This document shows, piece by piece, positions 18,991 through 32,368 of a DNA stretch of 64,000 bases (positions within the stretch are counted from its first letter, which is position 1; the number at the start of each line of letters is the position of its first letter). The notes under the pieces are model-generated. The model was not told the origin of the DNA. It saw nothing but the letters and a program-made list of their open reading frames with translations, and ran no database searches. Source of the stretch: Sminthopsis crassicaudata (Eukaryota); assembly GCF_048593235.1 (NCBI RefSeq), contig NC_133622.1:251166055-251230054 (forward strand), read 5' to 3'. The position numbers and the translations under genes were made by a program.

Positions 18991-19333
18991 TGTTAGGATT
19001 CTTACAAGGTGCCAAGTCAGTGGAATTGATGAGCTCATGATTCTCTAATTTACACGAACTTAGTACTTACTACAATTCCACAAGATTCACACCTTTAGAG
19101 AGCAGATATAAGGAGGAGCCTCAGACAGGACTGACTTCCCGGAGATTCACAAGCCAGAGAAGGCAGCCAAGACTCCAGAAGGCCTCTGAGAAAGCTAACC
19201 TGGCCCAGGAAAGACACAAGACTTTGAAGGACACAATAAAGGATTTGGACTTTAATCCCTGGCTGTACTATTTGTGGGGATTACCGGCTGCCTCCAGAAG
19301 CCCCCAAGAAACCTGTTCCCAGAGAACATTACA
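18991..19333 (+). mobile_element. ERV solo LTR (~343 bp)
   Basis: Starts TGTTAGG and ends ...AGAACATTACA (TG...CA), with a TATA-like GATATAAG (~19106) and AATAAA (19235-19240). It appears to interrupt a MIR-like element. No TSD could be read. Confidence 0.7.
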
Positions 19334-19337
19334 TTTT

Positions 19338-19495
19338 TTTTTTATTTTTATTTTTAAAGAATTGTTTTAAAAATATCTGAAACTTTTAATGCATGAGAAG
19401 AATGATATGATTAAATAGTGTTTCATGGTAATACCCCTGAGAAAGAATATAGATTCTTTTTTTTTAATTATAAATTTTTTTGACAGTATATATGT
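19338..19495 (-). mobile_element. Severely 5'-truncated L1 with a 3'-transduced segment and 15-bp TSD
   Basis: TSD AGAACATTACATTTT at 19323-19337 and 19496-19510. The L1 terminus ACATATATACTGTCAAAAAAATTTATAATT-A9 is followed by about 110 nt of non-L1 DNA, AATAAA twice, and a second A-tail. Confidence 0.75.
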
Positions 19496-19619
19496 AGAAC
19501 ATTACATTTTAGAGAAGAACATTAAAGTTGACTTATTGTGTATCTTGGGAACTCAAAAGATCAGGACTTTTCTCATCTGTAAAGTAGGGCAGCTGGACTA
19601 GATGCCCCACTGGGTTCTC

Positions 19620-20240
19620 CCGGTTCTGACATTGCCTAGTTAATGTTCTAAGAAGGACCCTCCTAGCACTGACATTCTCTGTTCTAAAATCCCTCCCATC
19701 TCTGTGTTCTCCAGTCCCTTCTAGCTCTAACCTATGATATCCTAATGGCGGTCCCAGTGCTGATGTTCTATGTCCTAAGATCCCTGCAGCTCTGATATTC
19801 TAAGGTTCCTTCTAGTATTGCCATTCTGTATTCTAAATTCCCAACCAGTTCTGACATTCTGTTCTAGGTTCTAAGTCCCTTCCCAGCACTGACATTCTCC
19901 ATTCTAAGGTGTCTCCCATCTCTAACATTCTGGGTTCTAAGATCTTTCCGAGCTCTGACAATCTATGTCTCCTCTCTCCTGTGATATTCTGAGTTTTAAG
20001 GATGCAACAGGGTCCTCCCAGCACTGACATTTTCTGGTCTAAGACTCCTCCCAGTTCTGACATTCTTAGTTCTGGGTTCTAAGGTGCTGTGAAGATCCAA
20101 CATTCTATCTTTTATGTTCTAAGAGTGTTCCTAGCTATGACTTGTCTGTTTTAAGGTTTCTCCTAGCTTTGACATTTTATTTCAAAGGAGCTTTTTAGCT
20201 TTGATATTCTCTGTTCTGTGGCCTAAGAACCCTCCCAGAT
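19620..20240 (-). repeat. Degenerate ~38-bp tandem array (gttctaaggtccctcccagctctgacattct-like)
   Basis: gttctaag...ccag(c/t)(t/a)ctgacattct motifs recur with much decay. Confidence 0.65.
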
Positions 20241-20428
20241 TTCATTTATTAGAATATAGAGAATAGAAAATCTGGGCTGGGAAATACATTAGAACCTAGA
20301 ATGTAGGGATGGGAGGAGACTTAGAACGTGGAATGCCAAAGCTGGAATGAACAAAGAAAGTCAGAACTGGGAGAAACCTTATAAAAGAATATCAGATCCT
20401 TGAAAGAGATTAGAACATAGAACAGAAC

Positions 20429-20594
20429 ACATTTAACATGTATGGGATTGCCTGTCATCTAGGGGAGGGGGTAGAGGGAGGGAGGGGAAAATCCTGAAAA
20501 AAAGTGAGTACAAGGGATAATATTGTAAAAAAAAAAAATTGCCCACGCATATGTACTGTCAAAAAATTATAATTATAAAATTAAAAAAAAAAAA
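20429..20594 (+). mobile_element. Young L1 3' end (5'-truncated)
   Basis: atgtatgggattgcctgtcatctaggggaggggg...catatgtactgtcaaaaaattataattataaaatt-A tail, near-identical to the copies at 21598 and 28260. Confidence 0.85.
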
Positions 20595-21597
20595 GAACAG
20601 AGAACAGAGAATGTCAGACCTGGAAGGATCTTAGTCAGTCAATAAGGATCTATTAAGTACTTTTTAAATTAAATTAAATTTTAATTTTAATTTTAAAAAA
20701 TTTTTGCTACATTTTAAGTTCTGAACTGCTTCCCTTTTTCCCTCCCCATCTCACACTAGAAAAGGCCATCATTTGACATAGATATATGTACATGTATAAA
20801 TATATATAAAATATATATTTCATGTAAATATGTAAAATCACATTAGGCATGTTAATTTATCAGTTCTTTCTCTGGGGGCAACATGGACGTTCGAACATCA
20901 AAACAGAGTTCATGGAACTTAGAGATCATTGAGTCCCACCTCTTCTGTTTACAAGTGAAAAAGCTAAGGTCTAGAGAAGGATAGGGCCCTGCTTGAGGAC
21001 ATGGCAGGGTGGTACCACAGCCTGGGCCCCTGCTCACCGGTCTGGGATTATTGGCTCAGGTTTGGAGAGGAATCAGACCAATACAGTGAAAGCCAAAGTC
21101 AGAAACAATCAAATCAGCAATTTTAATGGCACCAGGAAGGCTTGGTCAAGAGAAAGAGCACAGAGAGCACTGGGGAGCTTCAAGGCTTGAGCACACTTGG
21201 GAGGTGCTGCCTTATATCCATCTGTGAGCCTTTGTAGGCTGTCTCTTGCCAAAGTGAACCCCAAGATTCCTGGGAGCAGAAGGGATGGGCACAGGCACTT
21301 TCCCCTCCTGGTTTTTCAGTTGATAATGACTCAATTCATTTTTTAAAATTAAAATATTTTATTTTCAAAACACATGCATGGATAATTTTCATCATTAAAT
21401 CTTGCAAAGCTGTGGGTTCCAAATTTTTTCTTCCTTTCCTTGGGAACAAGTATTCCAATAGCTATTAAATATGCGCAATCCTTCTATACATGTTTTTTGT
21501 GCTGCACAAGAAAAATCAGATCAAAAAGGGAAAAAAATGAGAAAGAAAAAAAAGCTAGCAAATAACCACAAAAAGAGTGAAAATACTATGTTGTGAT

Positions 21598-21783
21598 ATC
21601 TAGGTTATACTCTAACACATGTAAAATGTATGGGATTGCCTGTCATCTAGGGGAGGGAGTAGAGGGAGGGAGGGGAAAATCTGGAAAAATGAATACAAGG
21701 GATAATGTTATAAAAAAATTAGTCATGCATATATACTGTCAAAAAATGTATAATTATAAAATTAATAAAAAAAGAAAAGAAAA
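21598..21783 (+). mobile_element. Young L1 3' end with 19-bp TSD, nested in an older antisense L1 fragment
   Basis: TSD GAAAATACTATGTTGTGAT at 21579-21597 and 21784-21802. Confidence 0.9.
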
Positions 21784-22280
21784 GAAAATACTATGTTGTG
21801 ATCCAAACTCTGTGCCCATAATCCTGGAGCTAGCTGCAGATGGCTGTCTTCTCCATTCATTCTTCAAGCCCTCCCTCCTTCTTCACCATCATGGCGGGTT
21901 CCCGGGTGCTAGAGAAATTGTCCAATTTTCACTGTAACAATTTCCCCCCAAAACTGACAAACACTATAATCAAAACTCAGTTTACCGTTTTGTAGCTTGT
22001 TGAGGTGTGAGAAAATAATGGAGGAAACTTAATAAGGCAGATTAGACTTAAAAGTATATCAAGTATAAATTTTTTTTTTTTTTTTTTTTAAAGAAGATCC
22101 TGTTGTTGAACATTTACCAGCAAAGCCCTAGCCCCAGGTTTGGAGGAGTTGGAAGCCCATCCCCATGATCATGCTATGGTCTGTTAAGAAGCGAAAGGCA
22201 AATGGACTAAAAGGCAGTTTGGAAAGCTCTGAGAGCCCACTACTTAAAAGTGGGGAAGGAGACTGAGGGGAGGGGATGCT

Positions 22281-22360
22281 GGAGGAGGGAGAATGGGAGT
22301 GGAGGAGGGAGAATGGGAGTGGAGGAGGGAGAATGGGGGTGGAGGAGGGAGAATGGGGAT
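22281..22360. repeat. 20-bp tandem repeat x4 (ggaggagggagaatgggagt)
   Basis: Units start at 22281, 22301, 22321 and 22341. Confidence 0.95.
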
Positions 22361-22551
22361 GGACGGGGGTCCTGTTGACACACAGATACAAACACAGGCC
22401 TTCTGCCTCCCAGCCAGTCACCGCATGTCCCTCTGGGAAAGCAAAAGGTTTTGAACTCCCCCAGGATGAAAGGTCCTAATGGATGATCTGGTTGGCCAAT
22501 AAATCTGCCACACCTCACATCGGGAGAAACTCCAAATGCCCGGGGGGAAAC

Positions 22552-22593
22552 TGAGTCACAGAGCGGGAGCAGCCCAGGTTGGGGAGTGAGTCA
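22552..22593. promoter_or_regulatory. Paired AP-1 consensus sites, candidate FOSL1 upstream enhancer
   Basis: TGAGTCA at 22552-22558 and 22587-22593, both followed by CAGAG. Confidence 0.5.
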
Positions 22594-24899
22594 CAGAGGC
22601 TTGAGAAGGCACAGACACACCTTCCCAAGGGTACCTCCCCTTCCCTCCCGCTCCCCCCCCCCCCCAAGCCCCAGCCCTCTTGCCCTGGAATGACAAAAGC
22701 CTTCAGCAGAGGCTGAGGAGTGGGTTCCAGTGATGCTCCCAGAACAGGACCCAGGAATTCCTGCCCCCGGATACTTCTCTTCGCTCTGAGCCACCCAGTT
22801 CTAAGGTGGAGAGGGTGGGGAACAGCAAGGTACCAGCTGGCAACCCCGTCCCCGCCACAGATGGAGAAAGCCAGACAGCTGGCCATTCAGGCCGGGGCCC
22901 TCCCGCAGGGCCCAGGCCCAGGCAGACAGGAAGCTCCTGACTCCAAAGAAAAGGATTTTGGGTTTGGAAGGGATTCAGGGCTCTGAAAGAGGCATTCTTT
23001 GGCTGCAAAGCTGCCCTCTCGTCTCCTGCCCCTGCTGCTCTGACCATTGCTCCGGAAGAGCTGCCACTTTTGCTGGTGGCAAGGATTTTCCCCTCGCCAC
23101 CTCCACCAAGTGGTCATTCCCTGACTCCCTGACCTTGTCCCACGTTCGACCCTCTCCCCCTTCCTCCCCCACGTTCCTCCCTTTCCCTCTCTCCCTCTTC
23201 CCATCAACCCTCTTTCCCCCTTCCCCCTCCATGGGTCCAGACCTTCTGCCTTTTCGGGACAGCTACCTGACCACCTAAGGCAGGACATGGTCACTGTCAG
23301 AAATCCCGAGGGGCGGGAAGGGTCTGGAAGGGGGAAGCCTGGGGGGTCTGGGAGCCCCCCAGGGAAGCCTCCGTGACCCCGAGTTACCCCCTCACTGGCC
23401 CTAGGACGGGACTCCACGAAATGGGGAGTTTCCCCCAGGATGAATCACCCCCATGTGTCAGGTTGCCAGGGGCTGAGGCGCCTGCCGCCACTCCCTCCCT
23501 TCGCTAAGCCCAGAGGCCTTCGCCAGGGAAATTCCCCATTTGGGGGCTTTGAACCCCATCCAAACCCATCGCTCTCCCTCGAGTCAGTCATTTCCTGTTT
23601 CCTACAGCGCATCCCTGGCGTCCCTCCCGAGGGGCCGAGGAGCCCAGTGCCCGGACTGCAGCCCGCCCTGTGACTGCTGGGGGGAGCGGGATGCAGGGGC
23701 AGGAGCCGGCGGGTTCCAGATCTCCCTCTGGAAGCAAGGAGCTGTCCGGAGCAAGAGACCGAGGCCCTGCCTCAGCTTCCCGGACGGAGGCGCCCTCTTT
23801 CCTCTCCGGGAATTCCTCTGCTGCCATTCAAGGCCTTGCCCAATGTGGTGCTGCCTCAGTTTGCAGGCCTGTCTGTGAGTCATCCCTGTCTGCTCTGTAC
23901 CCCAGTGGGCTAAACAGGGCAGTTCTGGGGTCCCTGGGGTCCCAGTGCCTGTTCCGTGTGTCTGTGCCCTCCCCCCTCTCTGCACCCTCCGCCTGCCCAA
24001 TCCTTCCCATTCTTCTTTCTTTCTTTGCTACAGAACTGGGTTAAGTGACTTGGCTAGGGATACAGCAAGGGGGGCCTGAGGCTGGATTTGAACTCAGGTC
24101 CTGACTGGGGGGTTACCCATTGTACCATCTAGCTGTCCATTCCCCATTCTTTAAACAGCTCGGCGCCTCCTCCTCCAAGAAGCCTTCGACTGCCCGCGGG
24201 AGACAGGGCAGCATTTGTGCGGAATTCCCGGAGCCTGTCCCGTAGGAGATCGGGGTTCTCTGGGACACCTCGGACGCTGAAGCCCCAAGAACAGGGAAAG
24301 GATGAGTAAAGTGGGAGGGAGGAGGACTGAGGAAATCGCCAGGGAAGGAGAAAGGAAGTGACTAAGCGCTTAAGGTGCCCACTGTGCCCGAAACACTTTC
24401 TAAGCATGATTTTATTGGGTCCTTAGGACAACCCGGGGGGGGGGTGATCTTTGTTTTAAAGATGGGGAAACTGAGGCAGAGAGAAATTCAGGGACTTGTA
24501 CAGGGTCCCACAGCCCCCCTCTGAACCCAGACAGCTTCGCTTGCTGATCCCCCTGACTTTCAAGGAAACCCCCCCCTTGTGTGGGGAGCCTGCAGCAGGT
24601 GTGTAGGGGCGGCTGGGGGGTCTCTGCCTTCCCCCCCTCCTGGGGCCCACACAGGGGACCTCGTTTCCCCCTCCCCGCAGCCCTGGGAGAGAGAGAGGGA
24701 TAACCTTATCCCGGAGCTGAGGAGACTGAGTCCGGGCAGGCCCGGCCTTTCTCAGAGTCCCCCACCCAGCTCCTGCGCCCAGAAGTCCGAGCCAGCGCCC
24801 AGAGTCCGGGTCCTGCCCCTCGCTGCTCTCGGACATTCCTCCCTCCGTGAGCCTCGGGGGCTCTTCCAGGATTCAGAGCAGGAAAAAGGGGCGGGGGAG

Positions 24900-25900
24900 G
24901 GTGGGAATCGAGATTTAGAGCAGTGTCCCCCCTGGGGGTGGCGGCGCTCGGGGGAAACTGAGGCACGGGGGGGGCAAGCGGGCAGCGGGGAGGGGGGGGA
25001 CTCATAGGCAGGGAGGGGGCCGGGGGGAAACTGAGGCACGGGGGGGCAGCGGGCGACAGGGGGGGTGGGGAACAGACTCGTAGGCAGGGAGGGGGCCCGG
25101 GGGATGGTGCCGCGGGGAGGTCTGGGGGTGGGGAGGAAGCTTTCCATCTCCCGAGCCCGACATCTGCGCCCCATGACCGCGTCCGCCACGGCGGCCCCCG
25201 GGGACAAGCCCTCGAGTAACCGACTGCCCGTGACTCAGCGCGCTTCCACCTCCCGCCGCCGCCAGGCCAAGTCAAGCCTGTGGCATCTCCGCTCCCCGGC
25301 CGTGGCATTCCGATCCCGTGAGCCTCCGGGGCTGACTCAGCCTTCGCACGCACCGCTCGGCCCGGGAAGCGGCCGCCAACCCCCCCCCCCCCCCCCCAAG
25401 GCCGAGCCCGCCAATCAGGGGCGGCCCAGGAGCCTCGGGGGAACCCGGGGATCCGAGTCTCGGGGACAGCTCTCGGCAGAACCCCCCCCCCTCCCCCACA
25501 CCTCACAGCCACCCCCCCTCCCCATCTCATCCCCACCCCCACCCCCTCCCCTTACTCATATTTCCCGAAGCCCACAGCGGTCCCCAGCATCCAGCCCAGC
25601 CCAGGGCCAGGGCCAGACCCGTGGGAACGAACGCCTTCTGCGTAGCGCCGTCAATTTCCAAACGCAAAAGCGGTCCCGGGGCGAATTCAAACGCGGAGAG
25701 GAAGGGAGCGCCCGAGAAAAAGGCCCGGGACAGAAAACAAAACATCGGGAATCTCGGGGCATAAAATGCAGATGCTTTTGCACAACTAAAATCATTGCAG
25801 CCAGAATCAGAGAAACGGACGGAGTGGGAATCCTGCCGTGAACTCTGACAAAAGTTCGATAAATGTGGCCCGCGGGGAACAGACGGGAAGATGAGGAAGA
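24900..25900. promoter_or_regulatory. Orphan CpG island with AP-1, CCAAT and GC-box motifs
   Basis: CpG-dense with no recognisable CDS. TGACTCA at 25231-25237 and 25333-25339, CCAAT at 25411-25415 next to GGGGCGG, and a ~70-bp G-rich tandem duplication at 24951-25103. Confidence 0.55.
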
Positions 25901-26643
25901 ACCTCAAAAAGAAGTTTTTTCCCAAAAAAGAAACAAACTATCGATATGGAAAAAAAAAATTCAAAATCATAAGTAACCCAATAAATCCCGGGACAAAACC
26001 TCTTTGGACAAGGAATTCTGCCCTAAGGTAGCAAGGATGTTAAAGGATTTGCTGTAGCGCACGTGGGGGAAGAGAGACAAATTAAGTTATTGCTAGTGAA
26101 GCTGTGAAGGGTCCAACTGCTCTGAGGGAAGAAATTGGGGTTATGCAAGAAAAGTCACAAATTGTTCAGTTCCTTTGATCCTGAAATCCCGGGACTGGGA
26201 TGATATTTCCGAGAGGTTATTGACAGCAAGAAAACCTCCCGAAGCCAAAGTGTTGATGAGAGCATTGTGATAGACAAGACAGTGGCCAACAATTAGCCCC
26301 GAAGTCAGGAGGACCTGACCTTCATACTTACTAGCTGTGTGACCCTGGGCAAGTCACTTAGCTTCAATTGCCTCAGCAAAAAAACAAAAAACAAAAACAA
26401 AAACAAAAAAACTAGGGATGGCTGCAGGAACTTCTCTGAGGTGAAGAAAAATTGCATTCTTTCAAGGCAATCCTAATAAACTGGATAGAAAACGCCAGCT
26501 GCATCCAGACAAATGTGGTACAGACCAACACACATGATACGTCCCCTTTTTTTCTGTTTTTTTTTTTCCCCCTCTCGTAGCTTTTCCCTTTTGTTTTGAT
26601 TTTTCTCTTCCAATAGGATTCATAAAGAAAAGTACATTTTAAA

Positions 26644-26647
<4 letters not shown>

Positions 26648-26718
<71 letters not shown>

Positions 26719-26728
26719 GTGTGTGTGT
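26648..26728. repeat. Compound (TA)n(CA)n(TA)n(TG)n microsatellite
   Basis: Read directly. Confidence 0.95.
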
Positions 26729-27064
26729 TTATAGATAAAAAAATAAAACAATAAGTAAAAAAAGAAATATAATTGCACTCTATGGAATGATGAATACGAA
26801 AAAATCCAGAGGATCATGTGAAAAAAAATGAAATGATGGCAAGACAAGAAAATAGTCTCCATAGTGTCACCGTGGAAGAGCATAGAATTCAAGGCCAGGA
26901 TAATTGTTAGTTTTTGCCCCCACCACCTGTTAGGGGACACAGACTCTGTTTTGGGTGGGGGACTGTACTAGGTTAAAGAGTACAGTGGGGTCTTCATTGG
27001 AAAGCATCTGTTGTGTCCAAATAGAATGTTGTCAACAAAATTTAAAAAAGAAAGAAATTTAATA

Positions 27065-27190
27065 GGGGCAGTTAGAGCACCAGCCCTGGGGTCAGGAGGG
27101 CCCAAATTCAAATCAAGCCTCACTCACTTAACACTAATTACTAGCTTACTAGCTGTGTGACTCTGGGCAAGTCACTTAACCCCAATTGCT
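27065..27190 (+). mobile_element. CORE-SINE copy
   Basis: gggggcagttagagcaccagccctggggtcaggagg...ttcaaatc...tgtgtgactctgggcaagtcacttaaccccaattgc. Confidence 0.8.
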
Positions 27191-27827
27191 TTTCAAAAAC
27201 TCATTAACAGTAATTAAGGAATTAAAAATAATTAATAAATATATATTATGTTATATATAAAATAATTCAATAAATTAAAAAAATTTAAAAATCTGTTTTA
27301 GTGATCCCCCCAAAGACCAGAAAATATGTATTTATTCCAGTCCTGTAATTTATTATTGTCTGCAGTTGCACAGACTGAGGCAAATGACTTGCTCAGGGTC
27401 ACAGGGCTATTCATGTCTGAGATGAAATTTGAACTCAGGTTTCCACACTCCAGGTCCAGGCCTCCATGGATTATACATTGAGCGCCCCTGGATTTGAGGT
27501 GACCTGGAGTTTTAGCGTTTGGAGAGATCCCAAGATCCTTAGCCATAGTCTCTAGAAGCATACTGGCATTTAAAGGTGGTTTGTGTGTTTTGGTTGGTGA
27601 GAATCTTGAGGATCCATCATTAAAATTACTGTACAATCTCCCTGATGAAGGTCAGCCATACTCACCCATTCAGTTCCAGGCCTGGTTCGGGCCTTTGCAG
27701 CAGCTGCCAAGATATGGGCTGCCTGTCCGAGCCCACGTAGCCCAGACAATGAGTGGCTTTCATTCACTTGGTTCCTTCTGGGTAGAAAGCTAGTTACCAT
27801 GAATGGCCTTCAAGAAGCTTGGCCACA

Positions 27828-28450
27828 GCTCTTTCATAGTGGCCAGAAACTGGAAGATGAATGGATGTCCATCAACTGGAGAATGGTTGGGTAAATTATG
27901 GTATATGAAGGTTATGGAATATTACTGCTCTGTAAGAAATGACCAGCAGGAGGAACACAGAGAGGCTTGGAGAGACTTCCATCAACTGATGCTGAGTGAA
28001 ATGAGCAGAACCAGAAGATCGCTGTACACTTCAATGCTGTATGAAGGTGTATTCTGATGGAAGTGGATATCTTCAACATAGAGAAGATCCAACTCACTTC
28101 CAGCTGATCAATGATGGACAGAAACAACTACACCCAGAGAAGGAACACTGGGAAGTGAATGTAGATTGTTAGCACTACTGTCTATCTACCCAGGTTACTT
28201 ACACCTTCGGAATCTAATACTTAACGTGCAACAAGAAAATGGGATTTACACACATATATTGTATCTAGGTTATATTGTAACACATGTAAAATGTATGGGA
28301 TTGCCTGTCATCTAGGGGAGGAAGTACAGGGAGGGAGGGGAAAATCTGGAAAAATGAATACAAGGGATAATGTTATAAAAAAAAATTACTCATGCATATA
28401 TATTGTCAAAAATTATAATTATAAAATAAAATATTAAAAAAAAAAAAAAA
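27828..28450 (+). mobile_element. Young 5'-truncated L1 (ORF2 C-terminus + 3'UTR + polyA) with 13-bp TSD
   Basis: TSD AAGCTTGGCCACA at 27815-27827 and 28451-28463. The translation ...VARNWKMNGCPSTGEWLGKLWYMKVMEYYCSVRNDQQ...AWRDFHQLMLSEMSRTRRSLYT is an L1 ORF2 C-terminus. Confidence 0.92.
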
Positions 28451-29206
28451 AAGCTTGGCCACATGCAGGATATCACAGCAGACAGCAGAAGCTGCAAAGG
28501 GGCATCTAGAAGATGGTATGGGTTAAAGGGAAGGGAGACCCCCTTTCGTGGGGATTCTGGGGGGGACGGAGCAGACACCTCTCCTGGGGAGTGGCCCTTT
28601 CTCAGCTTTCGTCACAGGATGACCTAAGGAGACGGGACTCTACGGCTGAGTGTTTCCAGGATGCTCACCAGCATTCTCATATCCCAAGTAAGCCTGGAGG
28701 CGACTTTATCTCCCCCTGCTCAGAACCCTCAAGTGGGAATTGCCTTCCCTCTGTACCTTCCAGAGGCTTAACTCGGGGAAACAGAATTCCCCAACTGCCA
28801 GGTACAAAATGGGCTAAGGGGATGATGTCTGTGTAAACAGAAAGCTCCAGGAGGGCAGGCTCTAGTCGCTGCTCTTTACATCCCCGGCACCCGGCACAGA
28901 GCCTTGTGGGATCACTGGGAATGTATTAACTGCCCATTGAAGTAAACTGAGCTTCCCCCTAAGAGTCAGATGCTACAGCAGGGAAAGAGCTCTGGATTTG
29001 AAGTCAGGGACCCCGGCAGTTGAGCTACTTGATCTCCATGTTTGTTTCCTCATCTGTAAAATGGGGATGCTAGTTGTGCTCCCTACTTGGCAGGGCTGTG
29101 GGGGGGATGAAATGAGAACAGATGGCAAGCTCACCACAAACGACGAGGTGCCCATGGGCACCGCAAGGCAACGAGCGAAGCCGTCACAGGAACCGAGTCA
29201 GTCAAC

Positions 29207-29400
29207 AAGCATTTATTCAGGGCTCACTAGGCACCAGGCACTGGGCTAAGTGCTGTGGATACAAAGAAAAGCAAAAAGTCGGGTCCCTTGCCTCGGGGGG
29301 CGCACATTCTAATGGAAGAGACAACATGTTAATAACTACAGAGACACAAAATATGTACAGTGTAAGGAGGAGGAAGGCAGTGAAGGTGCCAGGGAAGGCA
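29207..29400 (+). mobile_element. L2 3'-end remnant
   Basis: tcagtcaacaagcatttatt...ccaggcactgggctaagtgctgtggatacaaag...cacattctaatgg motif typical of L2 tails. Confidence 0.65.
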
Positions 29401-29796
29401 GGAGACTGAGCTGAAGAGAACGAGCGCTCCGGGCCGGGGTCCAGCCTGGAGTCCGGAGATGGTGCCACCCGGGCAACTACAGCCAGGCCATGGTACCCGG
29501 GTCATGGGGGTGCAGGGGGGAATAGTGTCAGAACCCCGGAAGGGAGGAAGGCAGCAGGCTGGGGAGGGCTGTCATGCCGGAGGGAGCAGTCAACCTGCTC
29601 CTGGAAGTGATAGGAGCCAAAGAGTCAAATGAAGCAGAAGCGCGTGGTCAAGCCTGTGGCTCCCCAGTCTTGGTCCGAGGCTAGCCCTTCACTTCCTCAG
29701 TCCCAGAAGGCCTCCTGACACCATTGCTCGTCACATCTGACCTGAGCAAGTGACACCTAAATCTGTAAACCAGAGGACCAGGAGGGGAGGGGGTGC

Positions 29797-29802
29797 TTTA
29801 TT
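29797..29802 (-). terminator. Likely C11orf68 polyadenylation signal (AATAAA)
   Basis: tttatt on +, about 510 nt past the stop codon. Confidence 0.65.
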
Positions 29803-30313
29803 GAAGCAATGAGAGGAGTAGGAGAGGGACGGGGGCCCAGGGAATTGCAATCAGAGCAGGGAGCAGCAGGCACCCTCTCTAGGGCCTTGCCGGTGGCCCA
29901 GTCCATGGTCAGGGTTACAACTCCCAGGATGCAACACTCCACCAACTCTTGGGTGCCAGCCAGGGATGGGGGTGGAGCAGCTCTAAGCAGGGGAGGGAAC
30001 CAGCCGAGGCTCTGGGCCAGCAACCTGAGCTCCAGGAAGAGGGTCCCTTTCTCCCTCCACTAACTAGGTCACAAGGGGGAAGGGAGATGGGAGTGGCGCC
30101 ATAGCCCCACCTCCTCTCCCTTGCAGGTTGGCAACTGTGTCCTTTCCCCTTTCCTGAGGCCCGAGGAGGCTGGCCCTGAAGGCTAAAAGGCAGGCAGCCC
30201 TGGGGCGGGGGCTGAGCAGAGGGTCAGGTCTCAGCCCCAAAGTCCATCCCCTGGAAGGCCGGCCAGAATGATTGTCTGCGCCCTCCCCACCCCCGTGTCT
30301 GGGCTCCCCCCAG

Positions 30314-31852
<1,539 letters not shown>

Positions 31853-32368
31853 CTTGGGCCGCCTGCCGCCTCAACAACAACTTTATCGGCAACCGCCGGC
31901 CGCGGTCGGAGACAGGCAGAAGACAGGGAGTGAGTGGTCCGGGAGGCGGGACTTACCCGGACGTGGCAGAGGACGCGGCCAATGGGAAGCGAAGTCTCAT
32001 CGCGGAGGCGCTCGGCTTGAACGCGCGGGGGGCGGGGCCGTTGTAGGCGTTCCTCCTTCAACAGGAAGGCGGAGCGAATGTCGTCATCCTTCACGGGTCT
32101 GTCTATAGGAGGAAGGGGTGCTGGAGCGATGTGGACGGGAGTGTGAGCTGCAGCGCGGGCGCTAGGACCCGGAGGAGCGAGGGTAGGCCCGGCGCTAGGA
32201 CCCAGAGGCCCAGGAGAGCGGCCGGCGCTAGGACCCGGGCGGGGCCGCGGCCGGAGCCGGAGAAGCCGCGGCGGCTGAGCCGGAGGAGCCGGAGCCGGGG
32301 CCGGAGCCGGGGCCGGAGGGCCGAGGCCGAGGTGCTTCGAGAGCGGCGGCGACACAGGAGGCCCCGAG
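31853..32368. promoter_or_regulatory. Bidirectional CpG-island promoter shared by C11orf68 and DRAP1
   Basis: The divergent ATGs are 516 nt apart. A YY1-type CCGCCATCTT overlaps the C11orf68 start; CCAAT at 31979-31983; GGGGCGGGG near 32030. Confidence 0.8.

Noticed and set aside
18986-19340. TSD for the solo LTR
   Set aside because: The 5' flank (agttc) does not match the reconstructed 3' flank (tttta), so the LTR boundaries remain approximate.
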